Shown one piece after another: positions 1-9,060 of a stretch of DNA of 64,000 nucleotides (position 1 is its first letter; each line of letters opens with the position of its first letter). A model generated the notes under the pieces. The model was given only the letters and a program-made list of their open reading frames with translations. It did not search any database and was not told the DNA's origin. Source of the DNA: Candidatus Cloacimonadota bacterium (GTDB lineage: Bacteria > Cloacimonadota > Cloacimonadia > JGIOTU-2); contig JAGMCF010000058.1 in NCBI GenBank assembly GCA_023129415.1, forward strand, positions 22,336-86,335. Reading direction: 5' to 3'. The position numbers were made by a program, and so were the translations under genes.

Positions 1-392
1 ATTTCATTCAACTTTTGGCAGACGAAGTTATAAAAATTAATCCTAAAGAGAAAAAAATAGATATCAATATTTTAAAAAATGTAATTAGAAATTTTTATAA
101 ACAGGATGAATTTGGATTAGAAGAATTCCATAACAGGTTAAAAAAATATTTAAAAGATGAAAATTTAGAAAAACCTGCAAGAATAATATTAAGTCATCTT
201 TCAACAGATGCAATGACTTTTGATGATTTATATCCTTATGTTGATGATTTAATAAGTAAAGAAAAACTAAATGAACTCTTGAATAGACTTATTGATGAAG
301 CTTATGTAAAAAAAGCAGATGATAAATATACTTTCCTTTCAAAATTATTAGCTGGATGGTGGAAAGAGAAAAAGCATTTTGATAGGAGATAA
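1..392 (+). CDS. 3' part of a predicted ATPase gene (archaeal-ATPase/DUF234-like) ending in a winged-helix-like tail; the 5' end lies outside the window
   Basis: The frame is open from the window edge to TAA 390-392. The tail ...YTFLSKLLAGWWKEKK parallels the tail of the ATPase at 36284-37414 (...YFVTDVFFKEWIRRKI). The next CDS starts 2 nt later. Confidence 0.4.
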   Translation, partial: FIQLLADEVIKINPKEKKIDINILKNVIRNFYKQDEFGLEEFHNRLKKYLKDENLEKPARIILSHLSTDAMTFDDLYPYVDDLISKEKLNELLNRLIDEAYVKKADDKYTFLSKLLAGWWKEKKHFDRR

Positions 393-394
393 AA

Positions 395-3300
395 ATGTAT
401 GCTTATGACCCAAGATTAAAAAGTAAAGAAGAGCTGGAAGCAACTGAATTTTTATCACAAAAAACAATTGATGAAATAATTAAGAGTTTAACTCCTGATA
501 GTAAAGGAAACTTAACAAACCAATCATGGCTTATCTATGGTTCAAGAGGAATGGGCAAATCTCATATCCTAATCTTAACATATCATAAAATAAAAGATGA
601 TAAAAAATTATCTAAAGGATGGCTACCAATTCTTTGTCCAGAAGAACTTTATACAGTAAATAGTCTTTATCGTCTTTTTAAAGAATTTGGAACATTGATT
701 TTAAATGAAGTAGAAAAGCAATATGATATAAAAGTGGTTAGGAAATTTCAGGAAAAAATAAATGAGATTAATAAAATAAGAATTTTGGGAAATGCAAAAG
801 AGAGAAAGGAAAAAGAAAGAGAATTAACCAATCAATATCTTGAAATATTTATAGAAATCAACAAAACATTAAAGAGGAAATTCATATTTTTTATAGAAAA
901 TTTGCAGGAGGTTTTCAGTAAACAGATAAATGAAGATGAACAGAAGTATTTAAGAGATATTTTCTATCAATATCCAGAATTGATGATATGGCTTGCTTCT
1001 GCTGTTCAAATACCTGGAAAGCTAATGGATTATGGAATGCCATTTTATCACTTTTTTAGAATCAGAAAACTGGAGGGAATGAGTAGTGAAGAAATTATTA
1101 ATATGCTTTTTAAATTTTGCAAATTAGATGAAAATTATAAACTGCAAAGAAATTTAAAAGAAATGGAATCTGATATTAGTGTATTTGGGTTGCTCTCTGG
1201 TGGGAATCCCAGATTGATTGTTCTTTTATATAAGTTTCTGGAAAATGGAGAAGTAAAAGGTGTTAAAGAAATGATGAAAGTCTTTATTTCTGATTTAACA
1301 CCTTATTTCCAAAGAGAAACAGAAACCTTAACAAACCAACAAAAATTAGTTATAGATTCCCTTTCATTAAATGTTTTTCCATTGCTTACTATTAAAGATA
1401 TTACCTATGATTCTAATTTACCAGAGCCAATTGTCAGTTCACAGGTAAATAAACTGAGAACAACTCATTGGCTGAGGACAGAAAAGGTCGCAACTTTAAA
1501 AAGCGAACTTTTTATATTAAGCGAATACATTTATCGTGTCTGGTATCAAATGAGAATGGGGGGAATATACCAGGAAAATGCAAGATGGACTGCTGAATTT
1601 CTTAGCTTTATATTTCCCATTAGAAAAATTAGAGAAAAAGTAGGTGAATTAGAAAAATTAATATCTGAAACAAATATTAAGGATAATATACAAGAAAGAG
1701 ATTTTCTAAGGTCTGAACTTGGAACATATAAAATGGCTTTAGCTTGGCAAGAAGATAAAGAGGTTAAAAGATACCTTAAAATATTGAAAAAGACAGAAGA
1801 AAAACCTGATGTTGAAATGGAGAAAGTGCTTGAATTAATAAAAAGCAAAAAGTATGAAGAAGCAATACTTACTTTGGATAAGTTGATTGATAAAAATCCA
1901 ATGTATATATATTATGATATTAGAGGTTACACTCAAGCAGTTTTTTTAGGACAATATGATAAAGCAATAACAGATTATACAAAAGCAATAGAATTAAATC
2001 CTGAATATGCCTCAGCTTATTACAATAGAGGAACTACTTATTCATCTTTAAAAGAATATGACAAAGCAATCACTGATTTTACAAAAGCAATAGAATTAAA
2101 TCCTGAATATGCTTTAGCTTATTACAATAGAGGAACTACTTATTCATCTTTAAAAGAATATGACAAAGCAATCACTGATTTTACAAAAGCAATAGAATTA
2201 AATCCTGAAGATGCTTTAGATTATAACAATAGAGGAACTACTTATTCATCTTTAAAAGAATATGACAAAGCAATCACTGATTTTACAAAAGCAATAGAAT
2301 TAAATCCTGAATATGCTAGAGCTTATAACAATAGAGGAAATTCTTATTCATCTTTAAGAGAATATGACAAAGCAATAACAGATTATACAAAAGCAATAGA
2401 ATTAAATCCTGAATATGCCTTAGCTTATTACAATAGAGGAACTACTTATTCATCTTTAAGAGAATATGACAAAGCAATCACTGATTTTACAAAAGCAATA
2501 GAATTAAATCCTGAAGATGCCTTAGCTTATAACAATAGAGGAAATACTTATTCATCTTTAAAAGAATATGACAAAGCGACCAAAGATTTTACAAAAGCAA
2601 TAGAATTAAATCCTGAATATGCCATTGCTTATAACAATAGAGGAATTAGTTATTCAGATTTAAAAGAATACGACAAAGCTATAAAGGACTATACAAAGGC
2701 AATAGAATTAAATCCTGAAGATGCTAGAGCTTATAACAATAGAGGAAATACTTATTCATCTTTAAAAGAATATGACAAAGCAATCACTGATTTTACAAAA
2801 GCAATAGAATTAAATCCTGAATTGATTTTAACATATAAAAATAGAATATCATCTAATATAAAATTAGACAATTTTGAGAAATGTATAGATGATTTTATGA
2901 TTATTATACAAAAAACAGGTTTTATTATTTATATGCAAGATGCATCTAATTTAATATCAAAGTATATTGATAATAAATATAAAGTAACTTCATCTATACA
3001 GAATTTATTTGAAAAAGACAAGTCTGATGACAAGATATTGAAGCATATTATTATTCTTCTGCATTTCAAACAAAATGATATTATAAAAACATATTTTTCT
3101 GAAAATGGGTATAAAATCTTGAAAAATTCAAAAAGTTCATATCCTTTTATTATCTCTTTTACAGCTCTTTTTAATCTTATTGAGTTAGTAAAATCTGGAA
3201 ATCCACGATATAAGGAACTGGCAAAACTATGGATTAATATAACAAAAAATATTGAATTTTATGATGATGAAGAAAAAGAAAATATCTTCAATAAATCCTT

Positions 3301-3529
3301 GATGTTGATTTATACATTGGCTGTTAAAGATGAAAAAAGTGTTGAGTTGGCTAAGGATGTTTTACATATAATAAACAGTGAATATCATTCTATTGCAGAA
3401 TCACATTTTTATATTCCTAAAGCCTTAGTTAATGCGAAAACCCCAGAAGTTGAAAAATTGATGAAAGAAACAATTTTCAAAAATACATTAGAAAAAATAA
3501 AGTTGCAGAGAGAATTATTAGAAAAATGA
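395..3529 (+). CDS. STAND-like P-loop NTPase with a C-terminal TPR array (1044 aa)
   Basis: Walker A GSRGMGKSH and a Walker-B-like FIFFIENLQ are followed by at least 9 consecutive 34-aa TPR units (YDKAITDFTKAIELNPEYALAYYNRGTTYSSLKE) and an unassigned ~230-aa C-terminal region. Confidence 0.8.
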   Translation: MYAYDPRLKSKEELEATEFLSQKTIDEIIKSLTPDSKGNLTNQSWLIYGSRGMGKSHILILTYHKIKDDKKLSKGWLPILCPEELYTVNSLYRLFKEFGTLILNEVEKQYDIKVVRKFQEKINEINKIRILGNAKERKEKERELTNQYLEIFIEINKTLKRKFIFFIENLQEVFSKQINEDEQKYLRDIFYQYPELMIWLASAVQIPGKLMDYGMPFYHFFRIRKLEGMSSEEIINMLFKFCKLDENYKLQRNLKEMESDISVFGLLSGGNPRLIVLLYKFLENGEVKGVKEMMKVFISDLTPYFQRETETLTNQQKLVIDSLSLNVFPLLTIKDITYDSNLPEPIVSSQVNKLRTTHWLRTEKVATLKSELFILSEYIYRVWYQMRMGGIYQENARWTAEFLSFIFPIRKIREKVGELEKLISETNIKDNIQERDFLRSELGTYKMALAWQEDKEVKRYLKILKKTEEKPDVEMEKVLELIKSKKYEEAILTLDKLIDKNPMYIYYDIRGYTQAVFLGQYDKAITDYTKAIELNPEYASAYYNRGTTYSSLKEYDKAITDFTKAIELNPEYALAYYNRGTTYSSLKEYDKAITDFTKAIELNPEDALDYNNRGTTYSSLKEYDKAITDFTKAIELNPEYARAYNNRGNSYSSLREYDKAITDYTKAIELNPEYALAYYNRGTTYSSLREYDKAITDFTKAIELNPEDALAYNNRGNTYSSLKEYDKATKDFTKAIELNPEYAIAYNNRGISYSDLKEYDKAIKDYTKAIELNPEDARAYNNRGNTYSSLKEYDKAITDFTKAIELNPELILTYKNRISSNIKLDNFEKCIDDFMIIIQKTGFIIYMQDASNLISKYIDNKYKVTSSIQNLFEKDKSDDKILKHIIILLHFKQNDIIKTYFSENGYKILKNSKSSYPFIISFTALFNLIELVKSGNPRYKELAKLWINITKNIEFYDDEEKENIFNKSLMLIYTLAVKDEKSVELAKDVLHIINSEYHSIAESHFYIPKALVNAKTPEVEKLMKETIFKNTLEKIKLQRELLEK
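1955..2822 (+). repeat. 102-bp tandem coding repeat (8.5 units) encoding the TPR array
   Basis: Units such as tatgacaaagcaatcactgattttacaaaagcaatagaattaaatcctgaatatgc recur every 102 nt with only a few substitutions. Confidence 0.9.
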
Positions 3530-5076
3530 TCTCTTTTAATAAAATTAAATATATTAAAAAACTAAAAAAGCTTGGCTCAAAAAATCTTATTAAGGCATTT
3601 GAAATTGTTTTGGAAATCGCTAAGGCTGTTAAAGAAGCTGGTGGCAAAGCATTACTTGTTGGCGGATGTGTAAGAGATATGGTTTTGGGGCAGATTTCAA
3701 AAGATTTTGATCTGGAAGTATATAAATTACAGCCTCAAGAAGTTGAAAAAATTGTTAAACAATTTGGTAAAATTTCAAATGTTGGAAAGTCGTTCGGGGT
3801 ACTTAAATTATCCTTCCGTCTGGGCGCCGAGACCGATGGTGAAGGAATAGAAATTGATGTATCCTTACCTCGCACAGATTCAAAAATTGGTGCTGGTCAT
3901 AAGGGATTTGATGTGAATACTGACCCTTATATGAATCTTAATGAAGCTGCAAGCCGTCGTGATTTTACAATTAATTCTATGGCTTATGACCCCTTGACTA
4001 ATGAACTTTATGACCCTTTTAATGGACTGAAGGATTTGAATAAAAAGATATTAAGGGTGACAAATTCTGAAACATTTAGTGATGATCCTTTGCGAGTTTT
4101 ACGAGCTTTACAATTTGTAGCTCGATTTGAATTAGAAATAGAGCAGGAAAGTAAGAAAATTATTCAAGGAATGCTTCCTCAATTAAAAGAATTACCAAAG
4201 GAAAGAATTCTTGAGGAGTGGAAGAAATTACTTCTGAAATCAGAAAAGCCATCTTTAGGACTTTCTTCAGGAATGGAATTAGGTGTGTTTAAAGAACTTC
4301 ATCCAGAGTTTCTTCTGCTCCCACAAACTCCACAAGATTCCGAATCACATCCAGAAGGAGATGTCTGGTCTCATACTATGAAATGTGTTGATGGAGCAGC
4401 AAAGATTATTCGTAGAGAAAATTTAGGAGAAAAAATTGCTTTTTGTATTATGTTATCCATCCTTTGTCACGACCTCGGCAAGCCTTTTACCAAACAAGTT
4501 AGAAATGGATTGTATGTTTATCCAGATCATGATAAGGCAGCACATGAACCAACAAGAAAATTTTTATCTAAGATAGGAGCTGATAAAAACATAACAGTTA
4601 AAGCATTGAAATTGGTTACGAATCACATGGCTCCATTGAACTTATATTTAAAAGAAATAAAAAAAGACAAAAAAGTTTCAGATGGAGAAATTAGGAGATT
4701 GGCAACCATAATATACCCCGCAACAATTCATGAATTGGGTTTATTAGCAGATGCAGATTATTGGGGCACGATAATTTCTTCAAATCAAATTGATTCTGAA
4801 AAATCTAAATTTCCGGGATGGTCTCCGGCTGGAAAATGGCTATTAAGACGAGCACAGGTTCTTCATGTAGATAAAAGTAAACCAGCAGATTTAATCACAG
4901 GTAAAGATTTGATTGATTTGGGATTAAAACCCAGCCTAAAATTTGGAGTAATTATTAAGCTTGCGAATCAACTGAGGGATGATAGAAATTATACTAAAAT
5001 GAAAATCGTACAGCTTCTTACAGAAACAAAAAGTGAGACTGAAGCTATTGATAAGCTTAAGTCTTTTCTATCATAA
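3526..5076 (+). CDS. cca: class II CCA-adding tRNA nucleotidyltransferase with HD domain
   Basis: Head-domain motifs are present: GGCVRDMVLG..DFDLEV, RRDFTINSMAYD, DPFNGLKDL..KILR and FSDDPLRVLRALQFVARF. HD motifs SHPEGDVWSHT and LCHDLGKP are also present. The ATGA start/stop overlaps the upstream CDS. Confidence 0.8.
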   Translation: MISFNKIKYIKKLKKLGSKNLIKAFEIVLEIAKAVKEAGGKALLVGGCVRDMVLGQISKDFDLEVYKLQPQEVEKIVKQFGKISNVGKSFGVLKLSFRLGAETDGEGIEIDVSLPRTDSKIGAGHKGFDVNTDPYMNLNEAASRRDFTINSMAYDPLTNELYDPFNGLKDLNKKILRVTNSETFSDDPLRVLRALQFVARFELEIEQESKKIIQGMLPQLKELPKERILEEWKKLLLKSEKPSLGLSSGMELGVFKELHPEFLLLPQTPQDSESHPEGDVWSHTMKCVDGAAKIIRRENLGEKIAFCIMLSILCHDLGKPFTKQVRNGLYVYPDHDKAAHEPTRKFLSKIGADKNITVKALKLVTNHMAPLNLYLKEIKKDKKVSDGEIRRLATIIYPATIHELGLLADADYWGTIISSNQIDSEKSKFPGWSPAGKWLLRRAQVLHVDKSKPADLITGKDLIDLGLKPSLKFGVIIKLANQLRDDRNYTKMKIVQLLTETKSETEAIDKLKSFLS

Positions 5077-5159
5077 AAATTATGATAAAGAGGGAGAAAG
5101 GTCTGCCATGTTGTCATAGACCATTCCATAACAGAACAAAAGGAAATCTTTGAGGATAA

Positions 5160-5648
5160 GTGAGGAAAGAGAAAGCACCACTAACCGATCCAATCGGGTA
5201 TGATTCATACCTTAACCAAATCAAAACAGTATGTAAAAGTAGAATATCACTAAATGATAAATTAAAAAAAATTTGTGAGTTGCTTAAGGAAAATATTCCT
5301 TATTACGATTGGGTTGGATTCTACTTTGTAAATAAATCTAAGAGAGATGAACTTATTTTAGGACCTTTTGTTGGAGAACAAACCGAGCATGTAAGAATAT
5401 CTTTTGGTCAGGGGATCTGTGGGCAAGTAGCGGAACAGAGGAAAACTTTCATTATACAGGATGTTACAAAAGAGACAAATTATCTTTCCTGCAGCTTAAA
5501 AGTAAAATCTGAAATTGTAGTCCCAATTTTCAAAAACAGGAAGATTATTGGAGAAATTGATATTGATTCACATTCTGTTTCTCCCTTCACAAATGATGAT
5601 AAGATATTTCTTGAAGATGTATCAATAGTGGTTGCTGATTTATTCTAA
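5160..5648 (+). CDS. GAF domain protein (YebR / free methionine-(R)-sulfoxide reductase-like)
   Basis: GTG start. Motifs DWVGFYF, GPFVGEQTEHVRISFGQGICGQVA and VVPIF..GEIDIDS are typical of single-GAF YebR-like proteins. Confidence 0.6.
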   Translation: MRKEKAPLTDPIGYDSYLNQIKTVCKSRISLNDKLKKICELLKENIPYYDWVGFYFVNKSKRDELILGPFVGEQTEHVRISFGQGICGQVAEQRKTFIIQDVTKETNYLSCSLKVKSEIVVPIFKNRKIIGEIDIDSHSVSPFTNDDKIFLEDVSIVVADLF

Positions 5649-5658
5649 TTAAATATAT

Positions 5659-6534
5659 TTATGAAAGCTTCTTTAATAATATCTCATAATCCTCATCAAT
5701 TTTTTTCTGAATAAATTCAACTTCATCATCTTTAAGATGTTTGAATCTACCCTGATATTTGAAATATTCAGTTATTGGTTTTCTTTGTTTTACTTTTATG
5801 TTTTGGATATATCTTATTCCATCTTCAACTTCATAAATAGGAAATATATTTGTTTGTACTGCTAATTTTGCAAGTTTAACAGTATACTTCGGTTCTGCTT
5901 TCCATCCAGTTGGACAGGGTGCCAGAACATGTATTAATTTAAATCCTCTGGTTTCTTTGGCTTTTGTTAGTTTTTTTATAAAATCCTCAGGATATCCGAT
6001 AGATGCAGTAGTAGTATATGGCACACGGTGAGCAGCTATTATTTCCACCATATTTTTCTTTGGACCTCTTTTATAGTGTTTAACTGGTGTAGTTGTTGTC
6101 CATGCACCATGAGGAGTTGCTGAACTTCGCTGAATGCCAGTATTCATGTACGCCTCATTATCATATACAATATATGTAATATCATCGTTTCTTTCTGCGG
6201 CACCGGAAATTGCTGCCATTCCAATATCAAAAGTACCTCCATCGCCTGCCCATGCTACAACATTAGTGGAAGTTTTACCGAGAGCATCAAAACCTGCTTT
6301 TATGCCAGAGGCCATTATTGCAGCGGTTTCAAAAGCAGTGTGAAAAAGTGGAACATTCACAGCCGTATAAGGGAAAGGACCATCAATAACTGCCCAGCAG
6401 CATGCAGGAATTGTCAAAACCGTATCTCTGTCAAAAACCTTCAATGCATACCTCATTGCCATAGTTGCACCACAACCTTGACAGGCAAGATGTCCGGGCT
6501 TCATTATTTCTTGTTCAGGAATTGTTAATCTCAT
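5659..6534 (-). CDS. porB: 2-oxoacid (pyruvate-type):ferredoxin oxidoreductase, beta (TPP-binding) subunit
   Basis: N-terminal GHLACQGCG, TPP motif GDGGTFDIG..NNEAYMNTG, and a 4-nt overlap with the alpha subunit gene. Confidence 0.85.
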   Translation of the reverse strand: MRLTIPEQEIMKPGHLACQGCGATMAMRYALKVFDRDTVLTIPACCWAVIDGPFPYTAVNVPLFHTAFETAAIMASGIKAGFDALGKTSTNVVAWAGDGGTFDIGMAAISGAAERNDDITYIVYDNEAYMNTGIQRSSATPHGAWTTTTPVKHYKRGPKKNMVEIIAAHRVPYTTTASIGYPEDFIKKLTKAKETRGFKLIHVLAPCPTGWKAEPKYTVKLAKLAVQTNIFPIYEVEDGIRYIQNIKVKQRKPITEYFKYQGRFKHLKDDEVEFIQKKIDEDYEILLKKLS

Positions 6535-7679
6535 AATTTAACTCCTTTCCAGATTAAATCTTCTGGTGTATCACTCTTGAGTGTATCATCTGCAATCTCT
6601 TTAATGTTCTCAATTTTTACATCTCTTCCACCAATTCCTGCAATATAACCCCAGACAGGAATATCCGTTTCATTATAAAGAGCGGATTTTAATTCCTGTG
6701 CGAAAATGCCATGATAACCACAAGAAATATTACGGTCAATCACAGCAATTTTCTTACAATTTTTTATCACATTAAGTATATCCTGTTTAGGATATGGACG
6801 GATTATTCTTATCTTTAGATTACCAACTTTTTTACCCTCGTCTCTTAGCTCATCAACGGCAACATTGGTTGTTTCTGCAATCGTTCCTGATGTAACCAAG
6901 ATTAAATCTGCATCCTCACATCTGTATGGATGGATCAAATCATAATAACGACCTGTCAATTTCTCAAATTCTTTACCCTCTTTTTTGATTATATCAATAG
7001 CTTGGTCCATTGCTACTTGCATTTTATATCTGAATTCGTAGTAGTGTTCTTCACTGGTAAGAGCACCAAAAGAGCGTGGATCATTCACATCAAGCTTATA
7101 TTCTGGATTATATGGAGGAAGGAATTTATCAACATCTTCAATTGGTGGCATATCCACTACTTCTACTGTATGTGAAAGGAAGAATGCATCAAAAGAAATT
7201 AATGTTGGCAGAAGCACCTGCTCACTCACTTTATAGCCGAGAATGGTTGAATCCAGAATATCCTGCGAACTGGAAGCGAATATGTGCATCAAACCAGTAT
7301 CTCGTTGTGATAAACTATCATTCTGGTCAGCCCAAATGGACCATCCGGGAGCCATTGCACGATTAACATTTGTCAATACAATTGGTAGACGAGCCAGAGC
7401 TGCCCAATGTAACATCTCATGCATTAGTGCTAATCCCTGGGCACTTGTTGCAGTATAGGCTCTTGCACCAGCAGCAGAAGCACCGATACATCCAGACATT
7501 GCGGAATGTTCTGATTCTACTTTAATAAATTCTGCATCAAGATCACCATCTGCTACAATCTCTGATAATTTTTCGACAATTAATGTCTGGGGTGTAATTG
7601 GATATGCGGCAATTACCTGAACTCTCGCAAGTTGCGCTCCCCAGGAAGCAGCATAATTTCCCATCATTGTTTTTTTCAT
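6531..7679 (-). CDS. porA: 2-oxoacid:ferredoxin oxidoreductase, alpha subunit
   Basis: MKKTMMGNYAASWGAQLARVQVIAAYPITPQT is a typical POR alpha N-terminus. The start was moved to ATG 7679, which overlaps the porD stop (ATGA). The 20 upstream codons in the ORF track are probably not translated. Confidence 0.85.
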   Translation of the reverse strand: MKKTMMGNYAASWGAQLARVQVIAAYPITPQTLIVEKLSEIVADGDLDAEFIKVESEHSAMSGCIGASAAGARAYTATSAQGLALMHEMLHWAALARLPIVLTNVNRAMAPGWSIWADQNDSLSQRDTGLMHIFASSSQDILDSTILGYKVSEQVLLPTLISFDAFFLSHTVEVVDMPPIEDVDKFLPPYNPEYKLDVNDPRSFGALTSEEHYYEFRYKMQVAMDQAIDIIKKEGKEFEKLTGRYYDLIHPYRCEDADLILVTSGTIAETTNVAVDELRDEGKKVGNLKIRIIRPYPKQDILNVIKNCKKIAVIDRNISCGYHGIFAQELKSALYNETDIPVWGYIAGIGGRDVKIENIKEIADDTLKSDTPEDLIWKGVKL

Positions 7680-7981
7680 TTTCCCTCCACTTCTGTACTG
7701 ATAGCATCCTTTGGACATTCTTCTGCACATAACATACAACCCTTACAATAATCATAATCAATGACAGGTCTTTCATCAACAATAAGGATGGCTGGTTCGG
7801 GGCAGAATTTCCAACATATAAAACAATCAATACATTTATCATAATCAATCACAGGACGGAGATTCCGCCAACTTCCTGTTTTGTTCCAGGTCATAAGACC
7901 AAGAGAAGCTGCCATAGGTGGCATATCCTTTTCCCCGACGATCTTAACCTCTTTACCATCAGTTCTAAATTTTATAACCAT
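7676..7981 (-). CDS. porD: 2-oxoacid:ferredoxin oxidoreductase, delta subunit (2x[4Fe-4S] ferredoxin)
   Basis: Two cluster motifs are present: CIDCFICWKFCP and CKGCMLCAEECP. Confidence 0.85.
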   Translation of the reverse strand: MVIKFRTDGKEVKIVGEKDMPPMAASLGLMTWNKTGSWRNLRPVIDYDKCIDCFICWKFCPEPAILIVDERPVIDYDYCKGCMLCAEECPKDAISTEVEGK

Positions 7982-8009
7982 TTTGACTTCCTTTCTTTAA
8001 ATTTATTTA

Positions 8010-8108
8010 GGGGGTGGAATAAAATAACATATTAACATCTAATACATAAATAGCTGCTTAATAGTAATATGTGAAAAACAAATATACACCTTATTCTATT
8101 CCACCCTC
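8010..8108. repeat. inverted-repeat element in the porD-porG spacer (18-nt arms, 16/18 complementary)
   Basis: gggggtggaataaaataa (8010-8027) is complementary to ttattctattccaccctc (8091-8108). Confidence 0.7.
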
Positions 8109-8160
8109 TTAACCGCGAATTTACGCAAAAGGACGCGAATAATTGATAAAAATCTGAATT

Positions 8161-8190
8161 ATTAGCGAATATTAGCGTCTATTAGCGGTT
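8161..8190. repeat. 10-bp tandem repeat x3 (attagcgNNN)
   Basis: The sequence reads attagcgaat attagcgtct attagcggtt. It is flanked by aaccgc (8111-8116) and gcggtt (8185-8190). Confidence 0.75.
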
Positions 8191-8203
8191 ATTTTTCCAT
8201 AAA

Positions 8204-8752
8204 CTATTTGTGAATAGAATCATACGCCTGGCGAGCAGCTTTTTTGTTTTCTTCTTTCATTCTTGGGATAGCAGAATCAATTCCCTTTTCAACATCATCC
8301 ATTTCAACCAATCCAGTGATTTTTGCAAAAGCGCCTACTATGGCAGTATTTACAATTGGTGCTGCTCGTGAGCCAAGATGATTTACAATTGCTATATTTG
8401 TAGCATCTATTGTATGGACTTTATAATCTGCACCGAAATCGTAATCCTCTGGTTTTTTATCAGAATTGATTAATATCCAACCCCCTTTTTTCAGTCCTTT
8501 TGTGACATCAACCACTTCAATTAAAGTCGGGTCTAACACAATTACGCCATCTGGATAGTAGATTTGAGACCGAATCTGCACAGGTTTGTCATCAATTCTT
8601 GTGAATGCTTCTACTGGTGCCCCTCTTCTTTCAACACCGAATCTTGGAAATGCCTGAACATATTTACCCCCCTGAAATGCCGCTTCTGCTAAAACTATTG
8701 AAGCTTTTACAGCTCCCTGACCTCCACGACCATGCATACGGATTTCTATCAT
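8204..8752 (-). CDS. porG: 2-oxoacid:ferredoxin oxidoreductase, gamma subunit
   Basis: MIEIRMHGRGGQGAVKASIVLAEAAF is the canonical gamma-subunit N-terminus, and the gene order is gamma-delta-alpha-beta. Confidence 0.85.
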   Translation of the reverse strand: MIEIRMHGRGGQGAVKASIVLAEAAFQGGKYVQAFPRFGVERRGAPVEAFTRIDDKPVQIRSQIYYPDGVIVLDPTLIEVVDVTKGLKKGGWILINSDKKPEDYDFGADYKVHTIDATNIAIVNHLGSRAAPIVNTAIVGAFAKITGLVEMDDVEKGIDSAIPRMKEENKKAARQAYDSIHK

Positions 8753-8775
8753 ATCTTCTCCATTATTTTAAAATT

Positions 8776-8872
8776 ATATGAGATCTGCAAAATAAGTAAT
8801 TTCACTTCATTTCTGACTATGGCTTGCTTCGCAATGACAAGTTAGGTGAATTTCCCATATTTTGCAGAACGC
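8776..8872. mobile_element. MITE-like element, short form (terminal inverted repeats gatctgcaaaat / attttgcaga)
   Basis: It shares both ends (tatatgagatctgcaaaat ... aatgacaagttaggtgaatttNccatattttgcagaa) with the 261-bp copy at 47780-48040. It sits ~25 nt upstream of the porG start. Confidence 0.65.
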
Positions 8873-9060
8873 ATTTTGTTAAAATTAAGAGGATGCATAA
8901 ATGACCATATTTCACCTTTTACTTCTTGGTGTACTTTCACATCTTTTCCTATAAATATTTTGATAGTGAAAGACAATTTAATAAAAATTCTTTGTCAATA
9001 ATTTTGACAAATATTTTATATGTTTGATTATTCAGAATATAATATTCGGAAAGAGAAATT

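Noticed and set aside
3526-5076. The nucleotidyltransferase/HD protein as a defence-type effector (CBASS- or MNT-like)
   Set aside because: All four class II CCA-adding head motifs and the Cca-type HD motifs are present, so housekeeping cca is the simplest call. Only the gene coupling is flagged as a finding.
6134-7848. Small ORFs overlapping porB, porA and porD on either strand; similar overlaps occur in ftsH, hslU, iorA, uvrA and sppA
   Set aside because: All are nested in alternative or antisense frames of well-supported conserved genes.
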